This document shows positions 48,506 through 59,001 of a stretch of DNA of 64,000 nucleotides, in pieces. The translations under genes were made by a program, and so were the position numbers. The stretch is from Bryobacterales bacterium (GTDB lineage Bacteria; Acidobacteriota; Terriglobia; Bryobacterales; UBA6623), in assembly GCA_963422375.2 (NCBI GenBank), contig OY729428.2, positions 2,464,001 to 2,528,000 of the forward strand, in the 5' to 3' direction. How positions within the stretch are numbered: position 1 is the first letter of the stretch; every line of letters begins with the position of its first letter. Below the pieces are notes generated by a model. The model was not told the DNA's origin. It searched no databases and was given only the letters and a program-made list of their open reading frames with translations.

Positions 48506-49507
48506 ATGCTGATTCGTCGAACGTCCCCGGCTGCAACGGTCGCCGCCCTGCTGCTCTGCGCTGCCAGCTGCACCGACGGCGACGGGCCGTACGTGTTCCG
48601 CTACGCCAACTCGCAGCCCGCGCAGCATCCCCGCAGCATTTCCATGGCGCATTTCGAGGACCTCCTCGAAGAGCGCGCCCAAGGGCGGGTCGAAGTCGAC
48701 AATCACTTCGGAGGGACTCTCGGCAGGGAGCGCGAGCTGATGGACATGGTCGCGTTGAATATCCTGCAGGGCACTCGGGGCGGGCTGTTCTTCGATATCA
48801 GCCCGAAATACACCATCTTCCTGCTGCCGTTTCTCGTGGACGACTGGGACGGGGCCCTGCGCCTGGTCAACAGCGAATTCACCGCCGGCATCAACGCGGA
48901 AGGCCGGCTCAACGGCTTTCACGTGCCGGCCTGCGGCATCTCGCAAGGCTTCCGGGCGCACACGACGAGCGTGCGCCCCATCCGCGCGCCCGAAGACTTT
49001 CGGGGCTTGAAGCTCCGCGTGCCGCCCCAGGAGGCCAACATCATCCTGACCGCGATTCTCGGCGCGAACCCCCAAGAGATTCCGTTCACGGAGGTGTATC
49101 AAGCTGCCAAGACGGGGGTAATCGACGGGCAGGACAACGCCGTTTCGAACATATGGGAGATGCGCGTTCACGAAGTGCAGAGGTACCTCAGCATCTCCAA
49201 CTACATGGCAGGGCCGGATCCCTTCATCGTGAACCTCGCATGGTACGAGGCGCTGCCTCGGGACCTTCAGGAAGTGTTCGACGGGGCCGCCCGGGATGCC
49301 ATCGCCTACAGCGACCGATTGAACCGCGAGAGCGAGGCCGCCTATATCGAGAGACTCTCGGAGATGCTCGAGACGAACTGGATCGCAGGCGAGGCCCTAG
49401 AGCGGTTCCGCTCTGCGGCGGAGCCCGTGTACGACATCCTGGTCTCGAAGGGCTACTTCACGTGGGACGATGTCGACGCGGCGCGCCGGGCCGCGAGAGG
49501 CGACTAG
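48506..49507 (+). CDS. dctP: TRAP transporter substrate-binding protein
   Basis: GGTLGRERE, GFRAH, DFRGLKLRV and EVYQA..TGVIDGQDN. Confidence 0.92.
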   Translation: MLIRRTSPAATVAALLLCAASCTDGDGPYVFRYANSQPAQHPRSISMAHFEDLLEERAQGRVEVDNHFGGTLGRERELMDMVALNILQGTRGGLFFDISPKYTIFLLPFLVDDWDGALRLVNSEFTAGINAEGRLNGFHVPACGISQGFRAHTTSVRPIRAPEDFRGLKLRVPPQEANIILTAILGANPQEIPFTEVYQAAKTGVIDGQDNAVSNIWEMRVHEVQRYLSISNYMAGPDPFIVNLAWYEALPRDLQEVFDGAARDAIAYSDRLNRESEAAYIERLSEMLETNWIAGEALERFRSAAEPVYDILVSKGYFTWDDVDAARRAARGD

Positions 49508-49512
49508 CGGCA

Positions 49513-49992
49513 ATGCGATTGCACGAGTTCGAGAGGCGGCTCACGCGCACTCTGGAGTGGCTCCTCGCAGCGGGGATGCTCTGTGTCTTCGGGACCATCG
49601 TAGTGCTGGTGGCGATGCGCTACCTGTTCGAGTCGGGGCTGGTCGGGGCCAACGAGATGGCGACGGTGGCGTTCGTTTACCTGTCGTCAATCGGAGCTGC
49701 CGTGGCCGTCGGCAGGGGAGAGCACATTCGCGTCGAATTGCTATCGAAGGTGGCTGGGGAGAACGGACGGCGCGCCCTCGACATCGGCTCCCTCGCCTTG
49801 GTGGCGCTGCTAAACGTCATCATCCTCGCGACTAGCCTGACTTGGATCGCCACGACCGGCCACACACCGATGCCCGCGAGCCAAGTCCCTCGGTTCGTAG
49901 CGCAGGTAAGTGTGCCACTAGGCTGCGGACTGGCCGCGCTGTACTGCTGCGCCCGGATCGCCACACATCTGCGGGAGGACTCCCAAGGTTGA
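49513..49992 (+). CDS. dctQ: TRAP transporter small permease
   Basis: Four TM segments, VAMRY and GEHIRVE. Confidence 0.9.
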   Translation: MRLHEFERRLTRTLEWLLAAGMLCVFGTIVVLVAMRYLFESGLVGANEMATVAFVYLSSIGAAVAVGRGEHIRVELLSKVAGENGRRALDIGSLALVALLNVIILATSLTWIATTGHTPMPASQVPRFVAQVSVPLGCGLAALYCCARIATHLREDSQG

Positions 49993-51266
49993 TCCTGCTG
50001 CTTCTGGCCGGCCTGCTGGCGCTTATCGCGCTGGGCGTGCCCGTCGCGTACTCGCTCGGCATCTCGGCCCTGCTCTATATCGCGGCCAGCGACCCGGACC
50101 TGATCCTGGTCCTGCCGCTGCAGCTGTTCGCGGGCTTCGATTCGTACGCCTTGATTAGCCTGCCGCTCTTCATTCTCATGGGGCTCGTGATGAATTCGGC
50201 GGAGATTACCGCGAGGCTCATCGATTTCAGCATGCTGCTGGCGGGGCGCTTTCGCAATGGTCTAGGGCTGGTGAACGTCCTAGCCAGCATGCTCTTCGGA
50301 GGCATCTCCGGGTCGTCGGCATCCGACACGGCGTCGATCGGCTCGGTCCTGATTCCGGAAATGGAGAATCGCGGCTACCGCAGGGAGGTCGCGGCCGGCA
50401 TCACCGTGGCGTCCTCCACGATGGGCATGGTGATCCCGCCAAGCATCCCGATGGTGCTCTACGCGGTGGTCGCCCAGGAGTCGGTCGGAAAGCTCTTTCT
50501 GGGAGGCGTGTTTCCGGGCCTGATCGTCGGCTTGCTGCAAATGGCCCTCGTTCGGCTGCTCGTGAAGCGCGGGACGGAGCTGGACGCGGAGCGCGCCTCC
50601 TCGGAGTCGGCCGCCAAGCGCACGCTGCGCTCGCTACCGGTACTGGCGATGCCGGTCTTCGTGGTCGGCGCGGTCGTTTTCGGAATCGCGACAGCCACCG
50701 AGTCGGCGGCACTGGGCGTCCTGTACGCAGGCGCATGCGGCTTCGCCTTGACGCGCGCCCTCAAGCCACGCGACTTCTGGGGCTGCCTTCGGACGGCCGC
50801 CCTGACGAGCGCCAAGATCATGATCGTGATCGCGCTTTCGCAGGCGTACATCTGGATTCTCGCCTTGGAGCGCGTACCCGAGTCCATCGCCGGATTCGTG
50901 ACCGGACTTGGTCTGGGGGCGACGGGGACGCTGCTAATAGTGAATGTCATCGTGCTCGCCGCCGGCACCGTGATCGACGTAAGCCCGGCTATCCTGCTGC
51001 TCACGCCCGTGTTCGCACCGGCGCTAGAGAGCCTCGGCGTGTCTCCGGTCCTATTCGGCGTCCTGCTGGTTTCCGGCCTCGCCGTCGGGGCCTGCACGCC
51101 TCCCGTCGGAACCTGCCTAAACGTCGGCGCTGCGATTTCGAATCTAGAAATCGGCACGATCTTCCGCGGGGCGGCCCCGTTCCTCGCGGCCAACGCGGTC
51201 ACGCTGCTTCTCGTGACCCTCTTCCCGATTCTTGCGATGTGGCTGCCAAGCCTGCTCATCCCCTAG
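49989..51266 (+). CDS. dctM: TRAP transporter large permease
   Basis: LPLFILMG, FGGISGSSASD, IPPSI, TATES and TPPVG. The TTG start overlaps the dctQ stop. Confidence 0.93.
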   Translation: MILLLLAGLLALIALGVPVAYSLGISALLYIAASDPDLILVLPLQLFAGFDSYALISLPLFILMGLVMNSAEITARLIDFSMLLAGRFRNGLGLVNVLASMLFGGISGSSASDTASIGSVLIPEMENRGYRREVAAGITVASSTMGMVIPPSIPMVLYAVVAQESVGKLFLGGVFPGLIVGLLQMALVRLLVKRGTELDAERASSESAAKRTLRSLPVLAMPVFVVGAVVFGIATATESAALGVLYAGACGFALTRALKPRDFWGCLRTAALTSAKIMIVIALSQAYIWILALERVPESIAGFVTGLGLGATGTLLIVNVIVLAAGTVIDVSPAILLLTPVFAPALESLGVSPVLFGVLLVSGLAVGACTPPVGTCLNVGAAISNLEIGTIFRGAAPFLAANAVTLLLVTLFPILAMWLPSLLIP

Positions 51267-51307
51267 CAATGGGGAATTATATATCTGAGTGCCGAGGCAA
51301 CCGATTT

Positions 51308-52349
51308 CCTGATTACCAACGAACGTCAGCCGAGGATATGCTATACTGGAGGAGGTCGGAAACCTCTGACAGGAAAGGGGATAGCTGATGAAACGCAATC
51401 GCGTGCAATTCCAGAAGGGACTCAGCCCGGGCAAGTTCCTGCAGCGCTACGGCAGCGAGGGGCCATGCGAGCAGGCCGTCTTCAAGGCCCGCTGGCCGGA
51501 CGGCTTCCGCTGCCCGGAGTGCGGCTCCCGACGGCACTGCCGCATCCGCTCCCGCAAGCTCCGGCAGTGCCACGCCTGCCACCGCCGGACCTCCCTCGTC
51601 GCCGGCACGATCTTCGCCGCCACCCAGCTGCCGCTGACCGTCCGGTTCCTGGCGCTCCACCTGCTGACGCAAGGCAAGCACGGCGTTTCGTCGCTGGAAC
51701 TGGCGCGGCAGCTGGGCGTGAGCCGGAACACGGCCTGGAAGGTGCAGCGCAAGCTCTTGCAAGTGCTGAAGGAGCGCGACGAGCGCGTGCCGCCGGGCGG
51801 CATCGTGCAGGTGGACGACGCCTACCGGGGCGGGGAGCGGAGCGGCGGCAAGCGCGGTCGCGGCGCGGCGGGCAAGACGCCGTTCGTGGCCGCCGTGCAG
51901 GTCAGCGCCGACGGCCAGCCGGCAAGGATGCGCATGAGCAGCGTGGCCAGCGTGGCGGGCTTGCGCAAGAAGACGCTGGCAGCGTGGGCCGGGCGGCACT
52001 TGCAGCCCGGCACGGAGGTGCATTCCGACGGCCCGGCCTGCTTGCGGGGCGTGGCCGGCGCCGGCTGCGAGCACGTGCCGACCGTCACCGGAGGCGGGCA
52101 GCGGAGCTGCGGGGATTCCCGCTTCGTCCGGGTCGACACGATGCTGGCGCACGTCAAGCAGTCCCTGGCGGGAACCTGCCATGCGCTCGACGGCAAGCAC
52201 CTGCCGCGCTACCTCGCCGCGTTCCGCTACCGCTTCAACCGCCGCTACGATCTGCAGGCGCTGGTCCCCCGCCTGCTCCACGCCTCCGTGCGCACCCCGC
52301 CCAGGCCTTGCCGCCTCCTAACCTTGGCTGAGTCTTGTGGGTAATCAGG
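51308..52349 (+). mobile_element. IS1595-family element (inner, ISSod11-like)
   Basis: IRs CCTGATTACC...TCAGCCGAGG and CCTTGGCTGA...GGTAATCAGG. 8-bp duplication ACCGATTT (51300-51307 and 52350-52357). Confidence 0.93.
51388..52344 (+). CDS. IS1595-family transposase
   Basis: NRVQFQKGLS, RWPDGFRCPECG zinc ribbon, VQVDDAY, HSDG and YRFNRR. Confidence 0.92.
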   Translation: MKRNRVQFQKGLSPGKFLQRYGSEGPCEQAVFKARWPDGFRCPECGSRRHCRIRSRKLRQCHACHRRTSLVAGTIFAATQLPLTVRFLALHLLTQGKHGVSSLELARQLGVSRNTAWKVQRKLLQVLKERDERVPPGGIVQVDDAYRGGERSGGKRGRGAAGKTPFVAAVQVSADGQPARMRMSSVASVAGLRKKTLAAWAGRHLQPGTEVHSDGPACLRGVAGAGCEHVPTVTGGGQRSCGDSRFVRVDTMLAHVKQSLAGTCHALDGKHLPRYLAAFRYRFNRRYDLQALVPRLLHASVRTPPRPCRLLTLAESCG

Positions 52350-52406
52350 ACCGATTTTGCAAATTATCAGTCCATAAATTAATTTCATATTTCTTCCGGA
52401 GATCTG

Positions 52407-52436
52407 TTGACAGTCGGTGGAGTATTTTGATAGAAT
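52407..52436 (+). promoter_or_regulatory. Sigma-70-like promoter of the outer transposase
   Basis: TTGACA-N18-TAGAAT, 11 bp before ATG 52448. Confidence 0.65.
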
Positions 52437-52447
52437 AGTTCTAATAT

Positions 52448-53400
52448 ATGAGTTCGTCTATGAAGCAGAAAGGTCCCGGGAAGTGGTTTCGTAAAGGCAT
52501 CACCCTGATTGAAGTGATCGCCATGTTCCGCGATGACGAATCCGCGGAAAAGTGGTTCGCCTCCATGCGCTGGCCGGACGGTCCCGCGTGCCCCCACTGC
52601 GGCGGCTCCAGCGTGCAGTCCGACGCGGCCCACCCTTCGATGCCGTACCGTTGCCGCGGCTGCGGCAAGCGCCTTTCGGTGCGCACCGGCAGCGTGATGG
52701 CCGACACCGAGCTCGGCTACCGCACCTGGGCCGTCGTCCTGTTCCTGCCGACCACCGGCATCAAGGGTGTCTCGAGCATGAAGCTGCACCGCGACCTGGG
52801 AATCAGCCGGAAGTCGGCCCGGCACCTGGCGCACCGCATCCGCGCCTGCTGGGAGCGGGATCAGGGCCTGTTCGCCGGCCCGGCGGAGGTGGACGAGACC
52901 TACGTCGGCGGCAAGGAGCGCAACAAGCACGAGAGGAAGAAGGCCCGCGCCGGGCGCGGGCCCGTCGGCAAGACCCCGGTGGCGGGGGCGCGGGACCGCG
53001 CCACGAACGCAGCGGCCGCGCGGCCGCTGCCGGGCACCGCCAAGGCCGACCTGCAGGGCTTCGTGCGCGGCCGGGTCGCGCCGGGCGCGCAGGTCCGCTC
53101 CGACGAGGCGGCGGCCTGCGCCGGCATGGAGCAGTTCCCGCACGAAGCCGTCAGGCACTCCGGCGGCGAGTACGTGCGCGGGGCGGCGCATACGAACGGC
53201 ATCGAGTCGTTCCGGTCCCTGTTCAAGCGCGGCCTGTACGGCACCTATCACCGGATGAGCGTCCGTCATCTCGGCCGCTACCTGACGGAGTTCGCGGGAC
53301 GGTGCAACGACCGCGACTGCGACACGGCGGAACGGATGCGGCGCATGGCGCGGGGCCTGGTCGGCCGGACGCTGACCTGCCGGCAGCTGACCGGCAAGGC
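52448..53400 (+). CDS. IS1595-family transposase; natural stop apparently lost (ORF runs on to 54007)
   Basis: RWPDGPACPHCG, KGVSSMKLHRDLG, EVDETYVGG, HTNGIES and RYLTEF. Recognisable sequence ends near LTCRQLT. Confidence 0.85.
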
Positions 53401-53914
53401 CGCGGTCGCGGCCCGAGCGGCGCCCGCCGAGCTGAGCGCCGCAGCCCGCTGCCGCCGCGCTCTTCACGCTCGATGCGCTGCACGCTCGGTGCGAGGGGCG
53501 CGCCGGATCCGGAATCCCCCGGCGCGACCCGCGTCCGGCCCGGACCGTCCATGCAGGCCGTCGAGCGCCGGGGATCCGCTGTCTTCGGCCCTCGGAGGGC
53601 ACGCAAGCGGCTTGCAAGGGGTGCCCTCCACCGCCAACCGGATTCCACCGGGGCATGCGAGGGGGCCTCTCTTATCCGTGCCTCGTCCATTCCGCTGGCA
53701 GGTTCGATTCAGATACGATCCCACCTTTCCGTGCCTACCGCGGCCGCATTCGAATGACCCGAGCCAGACGCCGACCTCCTTGCTCACAGCAGTTCTCGTC
53801 GGACATGGCGTTGTCGGCACTCAGATATATAATTCCCTAGCAATGTCCCTGCCGAGCCTCCCGGTGACGAATCCAGGCGCGGATCAACTCCCGCCAGCAC
53901 CCGCTCGCCCCGCC

Positions 53915-53962
53915 CATGCCTTACCGCCTCCTAACCTTGGCTGCGTCTTGTGGGTAATCAGG
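53915..53962 (+). mobile_element. Isolated right-end remnant of a second ISSod11-like copy
   Basis: CCGCCTCCTAACCTTGGCTGCGTCTTGTGGGTAATCAGG matches 52311-52349 with one mismatch. Confidence 0.85.
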
Positions 53963-54780
53963 TCCCGGTATGCAAGCCCGGATCCCGCAAGCGCTTGTAC
54001 GAGGTAATGGAGAACCGGCGAGCGAGCGGCACAGTGCGATCGACCGGCCGGCTGCCGCGGCTCGGGCAGGGCAAGCGGTCCGAGCGACATCGCTTCCGCC
54101 GGACGGGCGCGGTGCTCCTGCGCCATGGCCGCGACGCCATGCAGGGCACTCGGATCGAGTACGCCGTGGAGCGCGACGGCCTGCGCACCTGCGCCAACTG
54201 CTTCTTGACCTGTCTCGCGGTCACCGCGGACAACGCGGAGCAGATCACGCGGCCCGGCCGGGCGCGCCGGAAGATCGAGAACGAGGGGTTCAACTGCTTG
54301 GCGCGGCGCGGCCGCAACTTCAAGCGCAACTTCGGGCACGGCAAGGCCGCGCCGGCCGACGGGCCGACCGGACCAAACCTGTTCGCCTTCGCGCTCCATG
54401 CCGTGCTGCAGTGCGCGTGCGCGCTGTGGCAGCAGTGCCGGCGCCAGCTAGTCACGCGCGACGGCTTGTTCCGGGAGCTGCAGGCCGCGCTGCGCTGGCA
54501 CCCATTCCCGGACTGGCCGACTCTGCTGGCGGCGGTGCGAGACGGACGTGCCGCCGGGCTGGGCCTAGCCTCCAGGCAGCTGCGTGCCGGCAGCGTCCGG
54601 CGAGCGGTCGGCCGCGGGCTCGGCACTCGGCGGACCCGCTGCGGGGACCGCGCCACGGCCCAGCCGGCCATCCGACGCTCCCGCAGGGCGGCCTCATAGG
54701 CGCGACGTCCCGGTCAAGTGATTCACCTCATCCTCCTAAACAACGTTCACGCACCACCTTGACGGCCAAATCTAGAATTG
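53963..54780 (+). pseudogene. C-terminal fragment of a DDE transposase (ISNCY-type)
   Basis: GRARRKIENEGFNCL...NFGHG...NLFAFALH...FPDW. The 5' part is missing and the right boundary is approximate. Confidence 0.75.
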
Positions 54781-55868
54781 TTCTTCGATTGAAATTGCTC
54801 GAGCACTGCTTGATCATGCACTTGGCGGTATTGGGCTGGGGCTCGGTGGATCGGTTCCGCCTGATGGTTGAGCATTCGCTTCAATCCGCTTCGCCGGCAG
54901 TCGGCTGAAGCCGACTCACAATGCCCCGGGGCGCCCTGACCTCTATCAGCGCCGGCCGGCCTGCCAAGATCTTGCGAATTGCCTGCCCTGTCGAGGCGAG
55001 CCGGACCCTCCTGTGATAGCAACCCTGCCAGCGCACCCCCGGTTGTGATAGATGGATACGCGCAATCCCTCGACCCACTACGCCACGCCCCGGTCGACCC
55101 GGACGGGATACCGACAGAACACAAGATCTGGCCTCGCTGCCTCCCTCCCTAATCCGGCTGGCTCTCCAGCTCAGAATGCGACCCGCCACCCTGCCGACGC
55201 TTACACCGCCGTCGCGCCACGCAGGCGGCGGCCGACCCGGCGCGGGGGAAGCAAGCGCGGAGACTCGCGAACCGTCGAGCGGCCGTGCCGAGGGAATCGA
55301 ACAGTCAGGTTCTAACCCGCACCTTGGCCCCGCAGCACCTGATTCCGAAGAGTCGTCCTATGAACGTGTGAGAGCCGTCTCGAAGGCTCTGGGAGGTGCT
55401 CGCGAAACGCGTCTCGCAGCAACTCCGGTCCCAGCAGGCATTCGGTCACAGTGGCGGAGGCCGGGGCCTGGGGGGAGCACCCGTGCGCACGAGGAGAATG
55501 ATTCCACGACAGATCGTTTGCTCGCATTGGCCGGCACGGCGACCCGCAGCCCTCTTGCACGAGGTGCAGGATCTGGGCCCCTTGCCGGATCGGCTCCGCC
55601 CAGCGTGCGCCTGCAGGTCCTCAAAGACTGACTGGCGAGCAGGCCCGTCGCTCGGACGGGACCGGCACTGAACCCGGCAGGGCGTACCACCGGGCGTGTA
55701 CCAGGGCGATTCGCGGCCGCAGGGCCTCTCATGCTGTTGACGCCAAGCACGTGCCCGCTGCAAGTCTAGGCTTCGCTGTCGGTAGGCCGCACTGCCCGCT
55801 TACGGGCCTTTCTCCTTGGAATCAACAGACATTCTTGTAGATTCATCCTTGCAATCAAGAGAATTAGG

Positions 55869-57241
55869 ATGGCTGAGGCAATCTATTCTCGCAACACGGA
55901 GGCAATCAGCCAGCAAATCGCGGACTCGGCGCGCCGTTCCCTTCCGACGCTGACCAGACGTCGAATCCATGGCCGGGTGCAGTTCCCCGGCAAGACCACT
56001 GCCGTGGTCGGCATGCGTCGCGCGGGCAAGACAACCTTCCTGCATCAGGTGCGAGCGGACCGGCTCCGAGACGGCATCCCGCAGGAGCGGCTCCCGTTCG
56101 TCTGCTTCGAGGACGAACGGCTCGCTACCCTCCCTGCCGACTCCCTAGGTCTCGCGGTGGCCGAATATTTCCGCCAGTTTCCCGCCCCGACCGGAAGCGC
56201 GACCGTGACTTGGTGCCTCGACGAGACTCAGGCCGTTCCCGGATGGGAGCGATTCGTCAAGCACCTGCTCGATACGGAGCTTGGCGAGGTCCTTATGACT
56301 GGTTCCTCGGCTGAATTGCTCTCACGTGAGGTCACGACATCGCTTCGCGGACGGCGACGGCAGGTCTGGACCATCCGTTCAGCTTCGATGAAGCACTGCG
56401 ACACCAAGGCCTGGTCGTCCCGCCCGACGCCAACTCGCTCACTCGGAGAGAGCGGTCTCACATTGAACGCGCCTACTTGGACTGGCTCGTCGTAGGGGGC
56501 TTTCCCGAGTCGCAGAGACTCGATGCGCCGACTCGCTACGAACTCCTGCGCACCCATGTGGACGTGGCCATGTTCCGGGACGTGATAGAGAGACATCGGG
56601 TCCGTAAGCCCACAGCGCTGCGCTGCCTCACTCGACATCTGCTCGGCAACGCCGGTACCCTCTTCAGTGTCGAGAGGCTTCACTCGGCATTGAAGTCCCA
56701 GGGGATCGCCGTCGGAACGGACACGGTCCATCAGCTAGTAGGGCATCTCGAGGACTGCTTTCTCATACGTACCGTGTGGATGGAATCGAATTCGGAGCGC
56801 CAGCGCATGGTGGACGCCCGCAAGGCCTATCCGGTCGATGCCGGACTGATTCCGATCTACGAGCGGACCGGGCGGAGGAACACTGGCCACGCATTGGAAA
56901 TGGCCGTGCTCGTGGAATTGGAGCGACGACGCCTGGAAGTAACGTATGTCAGGACTCGCGAGGGTTACGAGGTCGACTCTCTCGCCAGCCGCCCCGGCGG
57001 CGAAATGGAACTGATCCAGGCCTGCGCCGACCTATCCGATGCGAGTACGGATTCTCGGGAATTCCGGGCTCTGGCTGCGGCGGGCAAGATGTTCCCACGC
57101 GCGCGAAAGCTACTGCTGACGCTGTGCCGAGACACCTTCCCGGAAGAGGTTCCGCCCGGGACGGTTGTGCAGGCCGCCCAGGAATGGACGCTGCAGGATC
57201 CCTCTGTTTCGGGTTCCGATTCCGAGACTCCGGTTGCGTGA
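55869..57241 (+). pseudogene. AAA+ ATPase with DUF4143-like C-terminus, one frameshift
   Basis: Walker A GMRRAGKT, CLDETQ, TGSS and SLRGR in one frame. HPFSFDEAL, GGFPE, K.YPVD.GL and EVD...IQ in another. Shift near 56365-56372. Confidence 0.85.
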
Positions 57242-57576
57242 CCGATTAATCCGGCGATCTCGCGAGAAACGCCACGCTGGAAGTCCGGGGCCTCGCGGCA
57301 ACTTCGGCGGCAAGGTCCAGCCGCTCGCGCCTGCAGGATGCGGTGTCGACCGGCAACGGCCGTTCCGTCTCGCAGACGCACTCGCCCCAATCGGGCCGTG
57401 ACTCGTCCACGAGCGATGCAGGTGTCGATTCCCTCCTACTTCCAGCTATCCCGTGTCTCTCAAGTGGCCGCCCGTCCGCGACCAGCCCACCGCGCCGAAG
57501 AGCAGCGCCAGCTGGCGCTCCGGTGCGGCCGAGACACTAGCTGCAAGCCGCCGAATTCGCCACAGCGGCGGGCCCG

Positions 57577-58935
57577 TCAGATTCGCGTGACCGTCGAGTA
57601 GCCCATCAGCAGGGCCATGAGCACGGCGCTCACCCACAGCATCAGAGTGATCCATCCCTTGGGCAGAATGCTAGCGGGCATCCGCTTGTAGCGGAGATAC
57701 AGCGCGAACCCTCCGATCACCGGCAGCATGATCGCTTGAGCGATGCCGCCGATCTTGACCATTAGGACGGGCTCTTTGATCCACATGAAGTACAGGCAGG
57801 GAACGGTCAGGAGCAGCACGACGAAGACCCGAATCGCCCGCAAGCGGTGCTCGTAATTCGACCTGTCGTAGAGGCCGAGCATCCCCACCAAGTCGGCCCA
57901 GACCCGGCAATGAGCCGCGGTCGAGGCGAACACCGTCGAATAGAGCACGGCGAACGCCCCTACCATGAATAGGCCGAGCGACCACGCGCCGAGAGTCTCC
58001 GTGTAGATGCTCGACAGCACTCGTACCATCTCGGACCCCTCCGGCACCAAGCCCATGCCCTTGAGGACGCCCGCGCCAAGGAAGTAGAAGGCCACGGTGG
58101 CGAACGTGTAGACCACCATCGAGAACAGCACGTCAACGCCCATGACCCGGATCCAGCCAAGGGCGCGCCGCGTCCAGGCGGGCGAGTCGTCGCGCTTGCC
58201 GGCGAAGCGTGCGTAGCCTTTCTCGATGCACCAGTACGGATACATGACCAGCTCGGTGGCTCCGACCCCCGTGATACCGAAGGCCGCCACGGCAGTCGAC
58301 ATGCCGCCTTCGGGCGGCTGGAACGTCAGTCCATTGAGGACCTCCCCCCAGTCGAAATACTGCGGAAGCTTGAACAGCAGGAAGCAGCAGCTGACCGTCA
58401 GCGCGGTGAAGCTCACCACCAAGCCCATGGCGATCCTTTCGACCAGCGCGTACCTGCCGACGACGAGCAGCAGCACGGTCATCCCCGCCAGGACCCAGAC
58501 GAACGCCGTGATCGGCACGGATGGAATCAGCCGGTTGAGGATTTCGGAGATGCCGCCGAGCATCGCGCCGACCTGGAACAGGGTGAAGGTGACCATCGCG
58601 CACCACATCCAAACCAGCCATGAGACCTTCAGTCGCGGGCCCGGCACGCGGTTGAACGCATCCAGGGTGGTGCGTCCCGTGCCGATCGCGTAGCGGCCGA
58701 GCTCGTTCTGCACGACCGTCTTGACAAGGCAGCTCATGATGATGAGCCACAGGAGGATGTAGCCGTTCTCCGCCCCGAGCACGGTAGTGGCTATCAGCTC
58801 GCCCGAGCCGACGATGGAGCTGGCGAGGATTAGGCCCGGTCCGATGAGGCGGACGATCCCGCTGAGCGCGACGGGGGGATCCGTGACATGCTCGGATCGG
58901 AGTGCGTACGGATCGGAGGGTTCTGGCCGGGCCAT
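57577..58935 (-). CDS. Nramp-like (APC superfamily) transporter
   Basis: GPGLILASSIVGSGELI, GRYAIGTG and about 11 TM segments. Confidence 0.85.
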   Translation of the reverse strand: MARPEPSDPYALRSEHVTDPPVALSGIVRLIGPGLILASSIVGSGELIATTVLGAENGYILLWLIIMSCLVKTVVQNELGRYAIGTGRTTLDAFNRVPGPRLKVSWLVWMWCAMVTFTLFQVGAMLGGISEILNRLIPSVPITAFVWVLAGMTVLLLVVGRYALVERIAMGLVVSFTALTVSCCFLLFKLPQYFDWGEVLNGLTFQPPEGGMSTAVAAFGITGVGATELVMYPYWCIEKGYARFAGKRDDSPAWTRRALGWIRVMGVDVLFSMVVYTFATVAFYFLGAGVLKGMGLVPEGSEMVRVLSSIYTETLGAWSLGLFMVGAFAVLYSTVFASTAAHCRVWADLVGMLGLYDRSNYEHRLRAIRVFVVLLLTVPCLYFMWIKEPVLMVKIGGIAQAIMLPVIGGFALYLRYKRMPASILPKGWITLMLWVSAVLMALLMGYSTVTRI

Positions 58936-59001
58936 AGCGAATCGAAATGCTAGCACAGGGCGCGTCGCGCCCTCGCCCGGCCTCCCCGCGGGACGCTCGC
59001 G

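Larger units (their letters stand above)
51272..53837 (+). mobile_element. IS1595-family element (outer)
   Basis: Perfect 24-bp IRs GGGAATTATATATCTGAGTGCCGA (51272-51295 and 53814-53837). 8-bp duplication TAGCAATG (51264-51271 and 53838-53845). Confidence 0.93.
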
